Notes: a model not told the origin generated them from the sequence alone. 64,000 nucleotides of DNA from Candidatus Latescibacterota bacterium (GCA_965243025.1 CBDETY010000003.1:4544001-4608000); one strand, 5' to 3'; shown: positions 11,689 to 21,763, counted from the first letter of the stretch. Program-made: numbers and translations.

Positions 11689-12360
11689 ATGAATGAACCC
11701 AAGCACGCCGTCATCGTCGGAGGGGGGGAGCCCCCTTCCGCGGCGCTGCTGTCGTCGGAGACGGACCGGGAGCCGCAGCCGCTGCTGCTGTGCGCCGACA
11801 GCGGCGCCGACGCCGTCCTCGAAGCCGGCCTCGAGCCGGACTTCCTGGTCGGGGACCTCGACTCGGTGAGCCCGGCGGCGCGCGCCGCCCTCCTCCCCGA
11901 GCGGGTGATCGCCGTGGCGGAGCAGGAGACCACGGACCTGCAGAAGGTGCTCGAGCATGCCGCGGCCCTGGGGGTGAAGTCGGCGGTCCTGCTCGGGTTC
12001 ACCGGCGGCCGCACCGACCACACGCTCTGGAACCTCAGCCTGCTGAGGCGCTACGCCGACAGGATGGACCTGCGTTTCGCCGACGATCACTGCGAGCTGC
12101 GCAGGGTCGGATCCCGCATCCGTTTCCGGGCGCGCGCGGGCCAGAAGATTTCGCTGTGCCCGCTCGACGGCCCGGCCAATCGGGTAACGACGTCCGGGCT
12201 GAAGTGGCAGCTGCAGGGGGAGGACCTGGTTCCCGGGGAACGCGGGGGCATCTCGAACGAGGTGGCCGCCGGCCCGGTCGAGATCGCGGTCGGCTCGGGG
12301 GAGCTGCTGCTCTGCGTGCACAGGGACAGCGGCCCGGGAAGGATCGAGCTGCTGGACTGA
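11689..12360 (+). CDS. thiN: thiamine pyrophosphokinase
   Basis: CADSGA, VGDLDS, QETTDLQK, GFTGGRTDH, GLKW.L and GISNE motifs; SD CAGGAG. Confidence 0.92.
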   Translation: MNEPKHAVIVGGGEPPSAALLSSETDREPQPLLLCADSGADAVLEAGLEPDFLVGDLDSVSPAARAALLPERVIAVAEQETTDLQKVLEHAAALGVKSAVLLGFTGGRTDHTLWNLSLLRRYADRMDLRFADDHCELRRVGSRIRFRARAGQKISLCPLDGPANRVTTSGLKWQLQGEDLVPGERGGISNEVAAGPVEIAVGSGELLLCVHRDSGPGRIELLD

Positions 12361-12506
12361 GAAGCGGGTGAGGCGCAGGCGCGGCCGAGGGGTCGGGATG
12401 CCCGGAGAAGGCCGCCGGGGCACGGGGCGGCCAGACCAGAGGCCCGGAAGGCCGCCGGAATCCGGGGCGCCCCCTTTTCAGAAGCCGCCCCGGTTCGTTG
12501 TAAAGC

Positions 12507-13292
12507 TCAGCTTCCGATGACTTTGCGGAAGTCGTCGCCGTTCTTCTTCCACCAGTCGTGGAGGATGGCGATGTCGGTGCCGATGCAGAAGTGCTTGACG
12601 CCCATGTCGAGGTAATACTTCGCGTCGTCGATGCTGTTGACCTCGGCGCGCGGAGGCACGCCCATGTTCAGCGCCGTCTCGAACACCCTCTTCTCGACCG
12701 CCATGATCTCGGGGGAGCCCCGCTCCCCCGCCTTGCCGACGCTCATCGAGTAGTCCCCGCCGCCCCACTGGATCATGTCGACCCCCTCCACGGAGAGCGC
12801 CTCCTCGACGTTGGCGGCGGTGCCGGCCTTCTCGATCATGACGACGACGACGATCTGGCGCAGGGCCTCGACGTACTCCGGGCCGCCGCCGTATCCCATG
12901 TAGGAGAAGCGCCGCGTGGCGACGCCGTAGCTTCCCCCGTCCTCGGGGGTGTCGGGGCGCGAGATCTTCACGCACTCCCTGATGTCGTCGGTGTTCTGGC
13001 AGTCGGCGAAAAGCACCGACCCGAACCCGGAGCCGATGGCGCGCTGGGCGATGAACCCGCGCGGCTCCTGGTCGACCTTGACCATGCTGTCGAGGCCGTG
13101 GAGCTCGGCGGCGCGGGCGAGGTCGTCGAAGGCGTAGAGGTCGAAGGGGCCGTACTCGGCGACGAACTCGACGTAGTCGTAGTGGCCGGCGTGACCGACC
13201 GCCTCGACGACCGACGGCCAGGTCGAGTGGATGTGGGTGCCGAGGGAAGGTTTGTCCTCGTTGAGCAGCTGGCGAAGCTTGTTCGGTCTGAT
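12507..13292 (-). CDS. HpcH/HpaI family class II pyruvate aldolase (probable ATC start)
   Basis: xRPNKLRQLL, DYVEFVAEY, VMIEK, EGVDMI.WG..DYSMS, GTD motifs. SD GAGGAG lies 8 nt before ATC at 13292. Confidence 0.82.
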   Translation of the reverse strand: MRPNKLRQLLNEDKPSLGTHIHSTWPSVVEAVGHAGHYDYVEFVAEYGPFDLYAFDDLARAAELHGLDSMVKVDQEPRGFIAQRAIGSGFGSVLFADCQNTDDIRECVKISRPDTPEDGGSYGVATRRFSYMGYGGGPEYVEALRQIVVVVMIEKAGTAANVEEALSVEGVDMIQWGGGDYSMSVGKAGERGSPEIMAVEKRVFETALNMGVPPRAEVNSIDDAKYYLDMGVKHFCIGTDIAILHDWWKKNGDDFRKVIGS

Positions 13293-13327
13293 GGGTCGCT
13301 CTCCTCGATACGTCCGCTTGCGGCGGA

Positions 13328-13651
13328 TCAGACGGTGGCCTTGTGAATCCTGTGCTTGAGCCGGTGAATCTTCCTGCGCACTTCCTTGAGCTTCTTCCTG
13401 TCCTTTGCCTCCAGGGCCGCGTCCCGCTCGACCTTCAGCGCCCTGATCTGCCGCTTGATGGCGGTCTTGTCGATGCCGACGACCTCGTGATGGACGTGGG
13501 CCTCGATTCCGAGGACCTCGCACAGGGCCTTCAGCAACGGTTCCTTGTGCATGGTGTTGTGGCCGTCCAGGCGCTCGTCCTCGATCTCGTCGGCGACCTT
13601 GCGCAGCTGCGCCACGGTCATGTCGTGCAGCTCTTCGTAGGTGTGTGCCAT
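13328..13651 (-). CDS. small hypothetical protein with a Rho-N-like helical domain and basic C-terminus
   Basis: ELHDMTVAQLRKVA...MHKEPLLKAL resembles Rho N-terminal domains; SD CAGGAG; co-oriented with neighbours. Confidence 0.7.
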   Translation of the reverse strand: MAHTYEELHDMTVAQLRKVADEIEDERLDGHNTMHKEPLLKALCEVLGIEAHVHHEVVGIDKTAIKRQIRALKVERDAALEAKDRKKLKEVRRKIHRLKHRIHKATV

Positions 13652-13677
13652 GGGTCGGTCTCCTGCGATGGGATGAT

Positions 13678-14757
13678 CTACAGCGGCATGAATTTCAGGC
13701 AGACCGGGGTCGGGGCATAGACCGGATCCCCGGTCGGCTCGAGCCTTCCCGACTCCTGGTCGATGCGGTAGGCGACGATGTTGTCGCCGTGGTGGTTGGC
13801 GGCCAGGACGAAGCGGTCGGTCGGGTCGATGGCGAAGTTGCGCGGCTGGGAGCCCTGGGTCGGCTCGGTTCCGAGGAACTCGAGGCGGCCGCTCTCCTGG
13901 TCGATGGCGAACATCGCCAGGCTGTCGTGGCCGCGGTTGGAGCCGTAGAGAAAGCGGCCCGAGGCGGTGACGTGGACGTCGGCGGTAAAGCTGGTGCCGG
14001 TGAAGTCCCCGGGCAGGGTCGACACCGTCTCGACCGCGTCGATGCGGCCGCTGCCGGCGTCGTAGTCGTAGACGGTGACCGTGTTCGACAGCTCGTTGAT
14101 CGCGTAGGCGAACCTGCCGTTGGGGTGGAAGTCGAAGTGCCGGGGACCGGACCCCGGAGGGACGGCGCCGTGGTGGCCGGCGGGTACAAGGCGGCCGGCT
14201 TCGAGGTCGAGGTCGTAGACGAGCACCTTGTCGATGCCGAGGTCGGAGACGTAGGCGTGGGTGTTGCCGGGGTCGTTGAATATCGAGTGCGCGTGCGGCT
14301 CCTGCTGCCGGTCCGGGTCGATGCTGGAACCGGTGTGCTGCACGAAGTCGCTGGCCGGGCCGAGGCCGCCGTCCTCCCGGATCGGCAGCATCGCCACGCT
14401 GCCGCCCCCGTAGTTGGCGGCGAGCACGTAGCGGCCGCTGGCCTCGACGACGAGGTGGCAGGGGCCGGGGCCGACGGTGGACTGGTGGTTGATCCGGGTC
14501 AGGGCGCCGGAGGCCGGGTCGATGTTATAAGCGAGAGCCCCGCCGCCGGGAGCGCCCTCGAACTCCCTTACCTCGGCGATCGCGTACAGGCAGCGGTACT
14601 CCGGGTCGAGCGCCAGGAAGGAGGGGTTGACGACCTCGGCGACTTCTCCGGTCGCCTCCACGGCGCCGCTCTCCTCGTCGAAGCGGTAGGTGTAGATCCC
14701 CCTGCTGTCGGTGTCGAGGGTGTAGGTGCCGACGAAAAGGAGCCAATCCCGGGCCAT
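13678..14757 (-). CDS. pgl: 6-phosphogluconolactonase-like lactonase
   Basis: FVGTYT, NPSFLA, AANYGGG, QEPHAH, GSGPRH, FLYGSNRGHDS and PRNF motifs. Confidence 0.88.
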   Translation of the reverse strand: MARDWLLFVGTYTLDTDSRGIYTYRFDEESGAVEATGEVAEVVNPSFLALDPEYRCLYAIAEVREFEGAPGGGALAYNIDPASGALTRINHQSTVGPGPCHLVVEASGRYVLAANYGGGSVAMLPIREDGGLGPASDFVQHTGSSIDPDRQQEPHAHSIFNDPGNTHAYVSDLGIDKVLVYDLDLEAGRLVPAGHHGAVPPGSGPRHFDFHPNGRFAYAINELSNTVTVYDYDAGSGRIDAVETVSTLPGDFTGTSFTADVHVTASGRFLYGSNRGHDSLAMFAIDQESGRLEFLGTEPTQGSQPRNFAIDPTDRFVLAANHHGDNIVAYRIDQESGRLEPTGDPVYAPTPVCLKFMPL

Positions 14758-14955
14758 TCCGTTTTTCTCTCCTGGTTCTTCAGTTTGCGTGGTCGAGCTG
14801 CCCGCCCTGCTGCGGCCGGAACGGGCCGCCCGCGAGCCGCCGCCGCTTGCCGCTGCCGTCGGGGCATGCCGGAGGGGCCGGAGCCTGGCGGCGGGCAGAC
14901 AACAGTAACCGATTCGAAAGCCTCACACCACCTGCGGCACGGCGGCCGGAAGGGC

Positions 14956-15753
14956 TCACCCGCTGAGCCGGCGCAGGTGCTCGATGCTGCTGCGCGCCGC
15001 CTCCCGGTGGGTGGCGTTGCGGTAGATCTTGACCGAGGCGAAGCGGTCGTAGCCGATCTCGTCGAGGACCCGCAGGACCGATGCGAAGTCGATGTTGCCG
15101 CTTCCGAACGGCCCGCCGTTGCTCTCGCAGAGATGGACGTGCCGGAGGTCGGCGCCGCAGTCGCGGATCGGCTGCGTCAGCGAGGGGTCCTCGATGTTCA
15201 TGTGGATGGTGTCGACCATCGGGCCCAGGGCCGGCGAGGCGACCTGAGCGGCGAGGGCGCGGACCTCGGCGACGGAGTTGTTGAAGCCGACCTGCAGGTG
15301 GTTTATCGGCTCGATGACCAGCTCGACCCCCTTCTCTTCGGCCGCGGCGGCGACTTCCCGCAGGCAGCCGGCGATACGGGGCTGCGCCGCCCCGGGGTCG
15401 GGCTCGTCGCTGCGCAGCCCCTGGAGCAGACCGATCACCAGGATCGAGCCGCACTCGGCGGCGGCGTCGAGCAGCTCGACCAGGTAGGCGACCGCGGCGC
15501 CGCGGACGGCTGCTTCGGGGTGGCACAGGCAGAGCCCCTCCCCGTACCCCCTGCCGGTCAGGATCGACGGGATCTCGAGGCCCGATTCGGCCGCGTAGCC
15601 GCGGACCCGGCCGAGCGACGCCCCCAGCTCCCTGGAGTAGTTGAGCTCGACCCCCTCGTACCCGCAGGCGCGCACGAAATCGAAGAGCCGGGGCAGCTCC
15701 TCGCCGTCAAAGGCCGAGACCGGGTCGACGATCATGTAGCTGTAGCGGCTCAT
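14956..15753 (-). CDS. sugar phosphate isomerase/epimerase (ketose 3-epimerase-like TIM barrel)
   Basis: GYEGVEL, IEPINH, DTIHMNIED, HVHLCESN, GSGNIDF motifs; overlaps the HIT stop by 4 nt. Confidence 0.85.
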   Translation of the reverse strand: MSRYSYMIVDPVSAFDGEELPRLFDFVRACGYEGVELNYSRELGASLGRVRGYAAESGLEIPSILTGRGYGEGLCLCHPEAAVRGAAVAYLVELLDAAAECGSILVIGLLQGLRSDEPDPGAAQPRIAGCLREVAAAAEEKGVELVIEPINHLQVGFNNSVAEVRALAAQVASPALGPMVDTIHMNIEDPSLTQPIRDCGADLRHVHLCESNGGPFGSGNIDFASVLRVLDEIGYDRFASVKIYRNATHREAARSSIEHLRRLSG

Positions 15754-16199
15754 CCTCTCTCTTCCCTTTCGCTTTCCTCCTGCAGCGCGGCCACTGCGGC
15801 CCGCAGGCGCGCGGCCACGGCCGCGGCGTGGTCGCCGTCGTCGTAGGGGCGGCGCGGCCAGAAGAAGCCGCGCAGGCCGTCCCCCCGGGTCCGGGGCACC
15901 ACGTGGACGTGAAGGTGGGGCACGCTCTGGCTGACCTTGTTGTTGATCGCCACGAAGCTGCCGCCGGCCCCGAGGCCGCGTTCCACGGCCCTGGCAAGCA
16001 GCCGGACCGCGGCGAACAGCGGGGCGAGGCGCGCCGCCGGCAGGTCGGGGAGCGTCTCGCAGTGCTGGCGCGGCGACACCAGCACGTGCCCGGGAAACAG
16101 GGGCCGGTGGTCGAGGAAGGCCACGGCGGCCTCGTCCTCGTAGACGATCTCGGCATCGAGACGGCCGCCGGCAATATCGCAGAACGCGCACCCGGCCAT
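15750..16199 (-). CDS. HIT family hydrolase
   Basis: CAFC N-terminus, AFLDHRP..PGHVLV and QSVPHLHVHVVPR histidine triad. Confidence 0.92.
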   Translation of the reverse strand: MAGCAFCDIAGGRLDAEIVYEDEAAVAFLDHRPLFPGHVLVSPRQHCETLPDLPAARLAPLFAAVRLLARAVERGLGAGGSFVAINNKVSQSVPHLHVHVVPRTRGDGLRGFFWPRRPYDDGDHAAAVAARLRAAVAALQEESEREERG

Positions 16200-16333
16200 G
16201 GCGGCGACATCCTCCTTCCGGAATCCGCCGCGCGAGCGGCGGCGGCAGGGAAAAACGGCGTTCCCGTATATTTGGAAAACCGCACCGGGCGCTTCCTGTC
16301 GGCCCGGTCGAGAGTAAGGAAAGGAAGCTGCCG

Positions 16334-17434
16334 TTGGCGGACAAAACCCGCGTCGGAATCCTCTTCGGGGGGCGCTCGGCCGAGCACGAGGTCTCCGTGC
16401 GCTCGGCCCGGTCGGTTCTCGACGCACTGGACCGCGGCAAGTACGAGGTGACGATGATCGGCATCGACCGGGACGGGCGCTGGCTCGCCGCCGGAGACGC
16501 CGTCAAGGTGCTGCAGGAAGGCTCGGTGAACCAGTCCGGCCTGGCGCCCCTCGTCCTCGACCACCACGACGGCGGGGAGCTGATGACGCGCAGCGGCAGC
16601 GGCCTGGGAAGCGCGGGCGCGGTCGACGTCATCTTCCCGATTCTGCACGGCCCCTACGGCGAGGACGGCACCGTGCAGGGGCTGCTGGAGCTGGCTGGAA
16701 TCGCCTACGTCGGCTCCGGCGTCCTCGGCTCGGCGGTCGGCATGGACAAGGAGATGATGAAGCGGGCGTTCCGTGCCGAGGGACTTCCGCAAGGGGAGTA
16801 CATGTCGGTGCTGCGCAGCCGCTGGCGCTCGCAGCCGCTCGCCGTCCGGGAGGAGGTCGAGCGGGACCTGTCCTGGCCGGTGTTCGTCAAGCCGGCGAAC
16901 ATGGGATCGAGCGTCGGCATATCGAAGGTCCACGACGGCACCGGATTCGCGGCGGCGATGGAGGAGGCGGCCCGCTACGACCGCAAGATCGTCGTCGAGG
17001 CGGGGATCGAGAACTGCCGCGAGGTCGAGTGCTCGGTGCTCGGCTACGAGGACCCGGTGGTCTCGGCGATCGGCGAGATCGTGCCGGGGAACGAGTTCTA
17101 CGACTACGAGGCCAAGTACGTCGACGACACCTCCGAGCTGATCATCCCGGCCGACCTGAGACCGGAGACCGCCGAACGGGTGCGCGAGGTGGCCAGGCGG
17201 GCTTTCATCGCCATCGACGCCTCCGGCCTGGCGAGGGTCGACTTCTTCATCAGCGGCCCGGAGGAAACGGTGCTCCTCAACGAAATCAACACCATGCCCG
17301 GTTTCACCGAGATCAGCATGTACCCCAAGCTCTGGGAAGCCAGCGGCATCGGCTACCCCGAGCTGATCGACCGGCTGATCGAGCTGGCCCTGCAGCGCCA
17401 ACAGGACCGCAAGGACACTTCCACGCGGCGATGA
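16334..17434 (+). CDS. ddl: D-alanine--D-alanine ligase
   Basis: GGRSAEHEVS, LHGPYGEDG, VKPANMGSSVG, FYDYEAKY, NEINTMPGFT..SMYP. Confidence 0.96.
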   Translation: MADKTRVGILFGGRSAEHEVSVRSARSVLDALDRGKYEVTMIGIDRDGRWLAAGDAVKVLQEGSVNQSGLAPLVLDHHDGGELMTRSGSGLGSAGAVDVIFPILHGPYGEDGTVQGLLELAGIAYVGSGVLGSAVGMDKEMMKRAFRAEGLPQGEYMSVLRSRWRSQPLAVREEVERDLSWPVFVKPANMGSSVGISKVHDGTGFAAAMEEAARYDRKIVVEAGIENCREVECSVLGYEDPVVSAIGEIVPGNEFYDYEAKYVDDTSELIIPADLRPETAERVREVARRAFIAIDASGLARVDFFISGPEETVLLNEINTMPGFTEISMYPKLWEASGIGYPELIDRLIELALQRQQDRKDTSTRR

Positions 17435-18192
17435 GGGGAGCCATCGAGAAGGGGCGGGTCAGCAACCTCGCCTCGTTCGCCCTGCTGGTCGCCGGGGTCA
17501 TCGCCAGCAGCCAGGCCGCCGCCGGCACCGCCTGGAGCGAGGTGGGACCCTGGATCCTGGCGGCGGGGCTTTTCGGGTTCGCCGGCGGCATCACCAACTG
17601 GCTGGCGGTCAAGATGCTCTTCGACAAGGTCCCCTTCCTGTGGGGGTCCGGGGTCATTCCCAACCGCTTCCGCGAGATACGCGCCGCCATCAAGGACCTG
17701 ATCATGGCGCACTTCTTCGACGAGGAGTACCTGCGCCGGTTCTTCAGCGAGCAGGGAGGCCTGGGAGGCGGCCCGGACCTGGCGGCGCGGTTCGCCGGGT
17801 TCGCCGAGTCGGAGGAAGGGCGGGAGGCGATCGACCGCGAAATCGACAAGCTCAAGGAAGGGCCGTTCGGCATGATGATCAGGATGGCGGGCAACGACAT
17901 CCTGCGCACCATCATCATCCAGTTCACCACCGGGCTGCTGGCCGAAATCGAGCCCCGGCTGCGGAAGATGATCGGCGGCGGCATCGACATCCCGGCGCTG
18001 CGCGCCAAGGTGGACGAGCTGCTGCGCACCAAGCTCGAGGAGCTCAGCCCGGAGACGGTGAAGAGGATGATGGAGGAGGTGATCCGCGAGCACCTGGGGT
18101 GGCTGATCGTCTGGGGCAACCTCTTCGGCGGGGCGATCGGACTGCTGTCGCGGGCCGCGGCCCTGAAGCTGGGCCTTCGCGGGATTCCCTGA
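17431..18192 (+). CDS. DUF445 family membrane protein
   Basis: GGITNWLAVKMLF..GSGVIP and HLGWLIVWGNLFGGAIG motifs; ATGA overlap with ddl. Confidence 0.8.
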   Translation: MRGAIEKGRVSNLASFALLVAGVIASSQAAAGTAWSEVGPWILAAGLFGFAGGITNWLAVKMLFDKVPFLWGSGVIPNRFREIRAAIKDLIMAHFFDEEYLRRFFSEQGGLGGGPDLAARFAGFAESEEGREAIDREIDKLKEGPFGMMIRMAGNDILRTIIIQFTTGLLAEIEPRLRKMIGGGIDIPALRAKVDELLRTKLEELSPETVKRMMEEVIREHLGWLIVWGNLFGGAIGLLSRAAALKLGLRGIP

Positions 18193-18381
18193 ACCGGGCA
18201 ACACCTTCCGCAGGGCCGGGGCGCCACCTTTCCCGGTCTCGCTAACTGCGAGCAGATCAAGGAGATACAGCAGTTCGGCATTGGCGGGGCGGCCCGCGTT
18301 CCCTACATTTTCCCTCTTTAGCCGGGCCGCCTGCGGCCAACCTGAACACCCGCTCAACAGCTTCACGGAGCCGATCGAAGA

Positions 18382-20322
18382 ATGTCCGCCGACAGCACCG
18401 TATCGGCGCAGGACGCCAACGTCGAGGAGCGCCCCTTCGAGACCGAGGTGCAGCAGGTCCTGCGCATCCTCATCCACTCCCTGTACACCGACAAGGACGT
18501 CTTCCTCAGGGAGCTGATCTCCAACGCCTCCGACGCCCTCGACAAGATCCGCTTCCGCTCGCTGACCGACCGCACAATCGTCGACGCCGAGGCCGAACTG
18601 GAGGTCGAGCTGACGGTCGACAGCGGCGCAAAGACCCTGACGATCAGGGATACCGGCATCGGCATGACCCGCGACGAGGTCGCCGCCAACCTCGGCACCA
18701 TCGCCCGCTCCGGGTCGGCGGAGTTCATCAGGGAGCTGGGGGAGAGCGAGGACGAAAAGGAGAAGCTGCAGCTGATCGGCCAGTTCGGGGTCGGCTTCTA
18801 CTCGGTCTTCATGATCGCCGAGCGCGTGGTGGTGACCACCCGGTCGGCAGACCCGGAAGCCGAGGCGGTCATCTGGGAATCGACCGGGAGCGGCAGCTAC
18901 ACCATCGCCACGGCGGGGGACAAGAAGGACCGCGGCACCGAGATCAAGGTGTACGTGCGCGGCGACTGCGAGGAGTACCTCGACGCCCACCGGCTCGAGG
19001 CGGTGATCCGCAGGCACTCCGACTACGTCGCCTACCCGATCAAGGTCGCCGGCAAGCAGGCGAACGAGGCCTCGGCGCTGTGGGCGCGGGCGCGCAGCGA
19101 GATCACCGACGAGCAGTACAGGGAGTTCTACACCCACGTCACCGGCGACCCCCAGGAGCCGATCACCTGGGAGCACGTCGCCGTCGACGTGCCGATCCAG
19201 TTCTACGCCATCCTCTACATCCCGAAGCAGTCGCCGCTGGAGATGCTGTTCGCCCCGGAGCCGAAGATCTCCGTCAACCTCCACGTCCGGCGCGTGTTCA
19301 TCCAGGACGACTGCAACGACCTGCTGCCCCTGTACCTGCGCTTCGTCCGCGGCGTCGTCGACTGCGACGACCTGCCCCTCAACGTCGCCCGCGAGTCGCT
19401 GCAGAACAATCCCGTCGTCACCCGCATCCGGCAGACGCTGGTGCGCCGCATCCTGTCGCTGCTCGAGAACGCGGCGAACAACAGGCCGGAGGACTACCTC
19501 GCGTTCTGGAGCTCCTGCGGCATGGTCCTGAAGGAGGGGGTCGCCCGCGACTTCGAGAACAAGGAGCAGATCGCGAAGCTGGCCCGCTACCGCAGCAGCT
19601 TCTCGGGCAAGCTCGCCGACGGGGAAGGGGACGACAAAGGAGAGGGCCTGATCTCCCTGCAGGACTACGTCGACCGCATGGCCTCCGACCAGGAAGTGAT
19701 CTACTACCTGACCGGCGAGAGCCGCGAGGCGGTGGAGCAGAGCCCGCTGCTGGAGGCCTTCCGCAAGCGCGACCTCGAGGTCGTGTACATGACCGACCCG
19801 GTCGACGAGTGGGTGGTCGGCTCGCTGCAGGAGTTCGACGGAAAGAAGTTCCAGGCCGTCGACGCCGAGGATCTCGAGCTGTCGGAAGAGGTGAAGCTCG
19901 AAGGGGTGGAGGAGAACAGGGAGCGCACCATAGAGCTGGTCAGCTTCCTGAAAAAAGAGCTGGAGAACCGCGTCGGCGACGTCAAGGAGTCGCAGCGGCT
20001 GACCGACAGCCCCTGCGTGCTGGTCACCCCCAGGGGCGGGATGAGCCAGACGATGGAGCGGATGATGCAGATGACCGACGACAGCTTCTCCCCCTCGAAG
20101 CGGGTCCTCGAGATCAACCCCCGCCACCCGGCCATCGCCAACCTCGGGGAGATGCTGCTCAAGCAGAGGGAGTCGGAGGAGCTCAGGGAGTGGGCCTCCT
20201 TCCTGGTCGATTACGTGCTGATCGCCGAGGGCACCGTCGAGGAACCGCAGCGGGTGGTCGGCACCATTCAGAAGATGATGACCCTGGCGACCGGGTCGGC
20301 GTTGAAGGAGCAGGGGTCGTGA
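18382..20322 (+). CDS. htpG: chaperone HtpG (Hsp90)
   Basis: FLRELISNASDALDK, NLGTIARSG, IGQFGVGFYS, LPLNVARE, LEINPRH. Confidence 0.97.
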   Translation: MSADSTVSAQDANVEERPFETEVQQVLRILIHSLYTDKDVFLRELISNASDALDKIRFRSLTDRTIVDAEAELEVELTVDSGAKTLTIRDTGIGMTRDEVAANLGTIARSGSAEFIRELGESEDEKEKLQLIGQFGVGFYSVFMIAERVVVTTRSADPEAEAVIWESTGSGSYTIATAGDKKDRGTEIKVYVRGDCEEYLDAHRLEAVIRRHSDYVAYPIKVAGKQANEASALWARARSEITDEQYREFYTHVTGDPQEPITWEHVAVDVPIQFYAILYIPKQSPLEMLFAPEPKISVNLHVRRVFIQDDCNDLLPLYLRFVRGVVDCDDLPLNVARESLQNNPVVTRIRQTLVRRILSLLENAANNRPEDYLAFWSSCGMVLKEGVARDFENKEQIAKLARYRSSFSGKLADGEGDDKGEGLISLQDYVDRMASDQEVIYYLTGESREAVEQSPLLEAFRKRDLEVVYMTDPVDEWVVGSLQEFDGKKFQAVDAEDLELSEEVKLEGVEENRERTIELVSFLKKELENRVGDVKESQRLTDSPCVLVTPRGGMSQTMERMMQMTDDSFSPSKRVLEINPRHPAIANLGEMLLKQRESEELREWASFLVDYVLIAEGTVEEPQRVVGTIQKMMTLATGSALKEQGS

Positions 20323-21674
20323 CCGCGGCGCCCGCGGCCTCCGGCGCAGTCGGCGGCGACGTCGCCGCGCGCGCGCGCGGCGCGCGCCTTGCGGCGCGTT
20401 CCCTGGCGGTGACCCCGGCCCCGGCCCGCGACGCCGGCATAGCCGCCATCGCCGAACAGATGCTCGCAGGGAGAGAGGATATCCTCGCCGCCAACGCCGC
20501 CGACCTGGAGAACGGGGCGGCCCTGGTCGCCGCCGGGGAGCTGGAGGAACCCCTGCTCAAGCGGCTCGACCTGGGGGGCGGCAAGTTCGACGCCACCGTC
20601 GAGATGGTTCGCAGCGTGCTCGCGCAGGAGGACCCTCTCGGGACGACCCGGAGCGCCTGCGAGCTCGACGAGGGGCTGCGCCTGTACCGGGTCACCGTGC
20701 CGATCGGCGTCCTCGGGGTGATCTTCGAGTCGCGGCCCGACGCGCTGGTCCAGATCGCCTCGCTCTGCCTCAAGTCGGGCAACGCCGTGCTTCTCAAGGG
20801 CGGGCGGGAGGCGGCCGAAACCAACGCCGCCCTGGCGCGGTGCATCGCCGGCGCCACCAGGCGCGCCGGCATCCCCGAGGGCTGGATCTCCCTGATGGAG
20901 ACCCGCGAGGACGTGTCGGTGCTGCTCGGCCAGGAGGAGTCTATCGACCTGATCGTGCCGCGCGGCAGCAACGAGTTCGTGCAGCACATCATGAACAACA
21001 CCAACATCCCGGTCATGGGGCACGCCGACGGAATCTGCCACGTCTACGTCGACAAGGGGGCCGACCTCGACAAGGCGGTGCGGATATCGGTCGACGCCAA
21101 AACCCAGTACGTCGCCGTCTGCAACGCCGTCGAGACCCTGCTGGTCCACGCCGACATCGCCGGGCCGTTCCTCGCGCGCGCGCTCTCCGCGCTGGCCGGG
21201 AAGGGCGTGGCGATTCGCGGCGACGAGCGCACCCTGGAGCTGGCCGGGGCCGCCGGCGGGGTCACCGCGGCCACCGAGGCGGACTGGTCGACGGAGTACC
21301 TCGACCTGGTGCTGTCGGTGAAAGTCGTCGACTCGGCGCGCGAGGCGATCGATCACATCAACGAGTACGGCAGCCACCACACCGACGCCATCGTCACCGA
21401 GGACGACGAGGCGGCCAGCCTGTTCCTGCGCAGCGTCGACTCGGCCTCGGTCCTGCGCAACGCCTCCACCCGCTTCGCCGACGGCTTCCGCTACGGCCTG
21501 GGGGCCGAGGTCGGGATCAGCACCGGCCGGCTGCACAGCCGCGGGCCGGTCGGGCTGGAGGGGCTGACCTCCTACAAGTACATCCTCGAGGGAAACGGAC
21601 AGATCGTCGACGACTACGAGAGCAAGGGACGGAGGTTCACGCACCGCCCCCTGCACGAAGACTGGAACCCATGA
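20319..21674 (+). CDS. proA: gamma-glutamyl phosphate reductase
   Basis: GTG start overlapping the htpG stop; PIGVLGVIFESRP, CNAVETLLVH, NASTRFADG, EVGISTGRLHSRGPVGLEGL. Confidence 0.95.
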   Translation: MTAAPAASGAVGGDVAARARGARLAARSLAVTPAPARDAGIAAIAEQMLAGREDILAANAADLENGAALVAAGELEEPLLKRLDLGGGKFDATVEMVRSVLAQEDPLGTTRSACELDEGLRLYRVTVPIGVLGVIFESRPDALVQIASLCLKSGNAVLLKGGREAAETNAALARCIAGATRRAGIPEGWISLMETREDVSVLLGQEESIDLIVPRGSNEFVQHIMNNTNIPVMGHADGICHVYVDKGADLDKAVRISVDAKTQYVAVCNAVETLLVHADIAGPFLARALSALAGKGVAIRGDERTLELAGAAGGVTAATEADWSTEYLDLVLSVKVVDSAREAIDHINEYGSHHTDAIVTEDDEAASLFLRSVDSASVLRNASTRFADGFRYGLGAEVGISTGRLHSRGPVGLEGLTSYKYILEGNGQIVDDYESKGRRFTHRPLHEDWNP

Positions 21675-21763
21675 CAGCCCGTGGAAACAGTCCATCCGGG
21701 CCGAGCCTGCGGAGCAACTCCGTCGACGGGCTCATAACCAACTGAAGGAAACGGAAGGACCGA

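Noticed and set aside
19080-21674. Apparent 864-aa ProA fusion
   Set aside because: The N-terminal part is an off-frame reading of htpG; the real start is GTG 20319. Similar false extensions affect the phyH, epimerase, mcsB, lolD and S8 ORFs.
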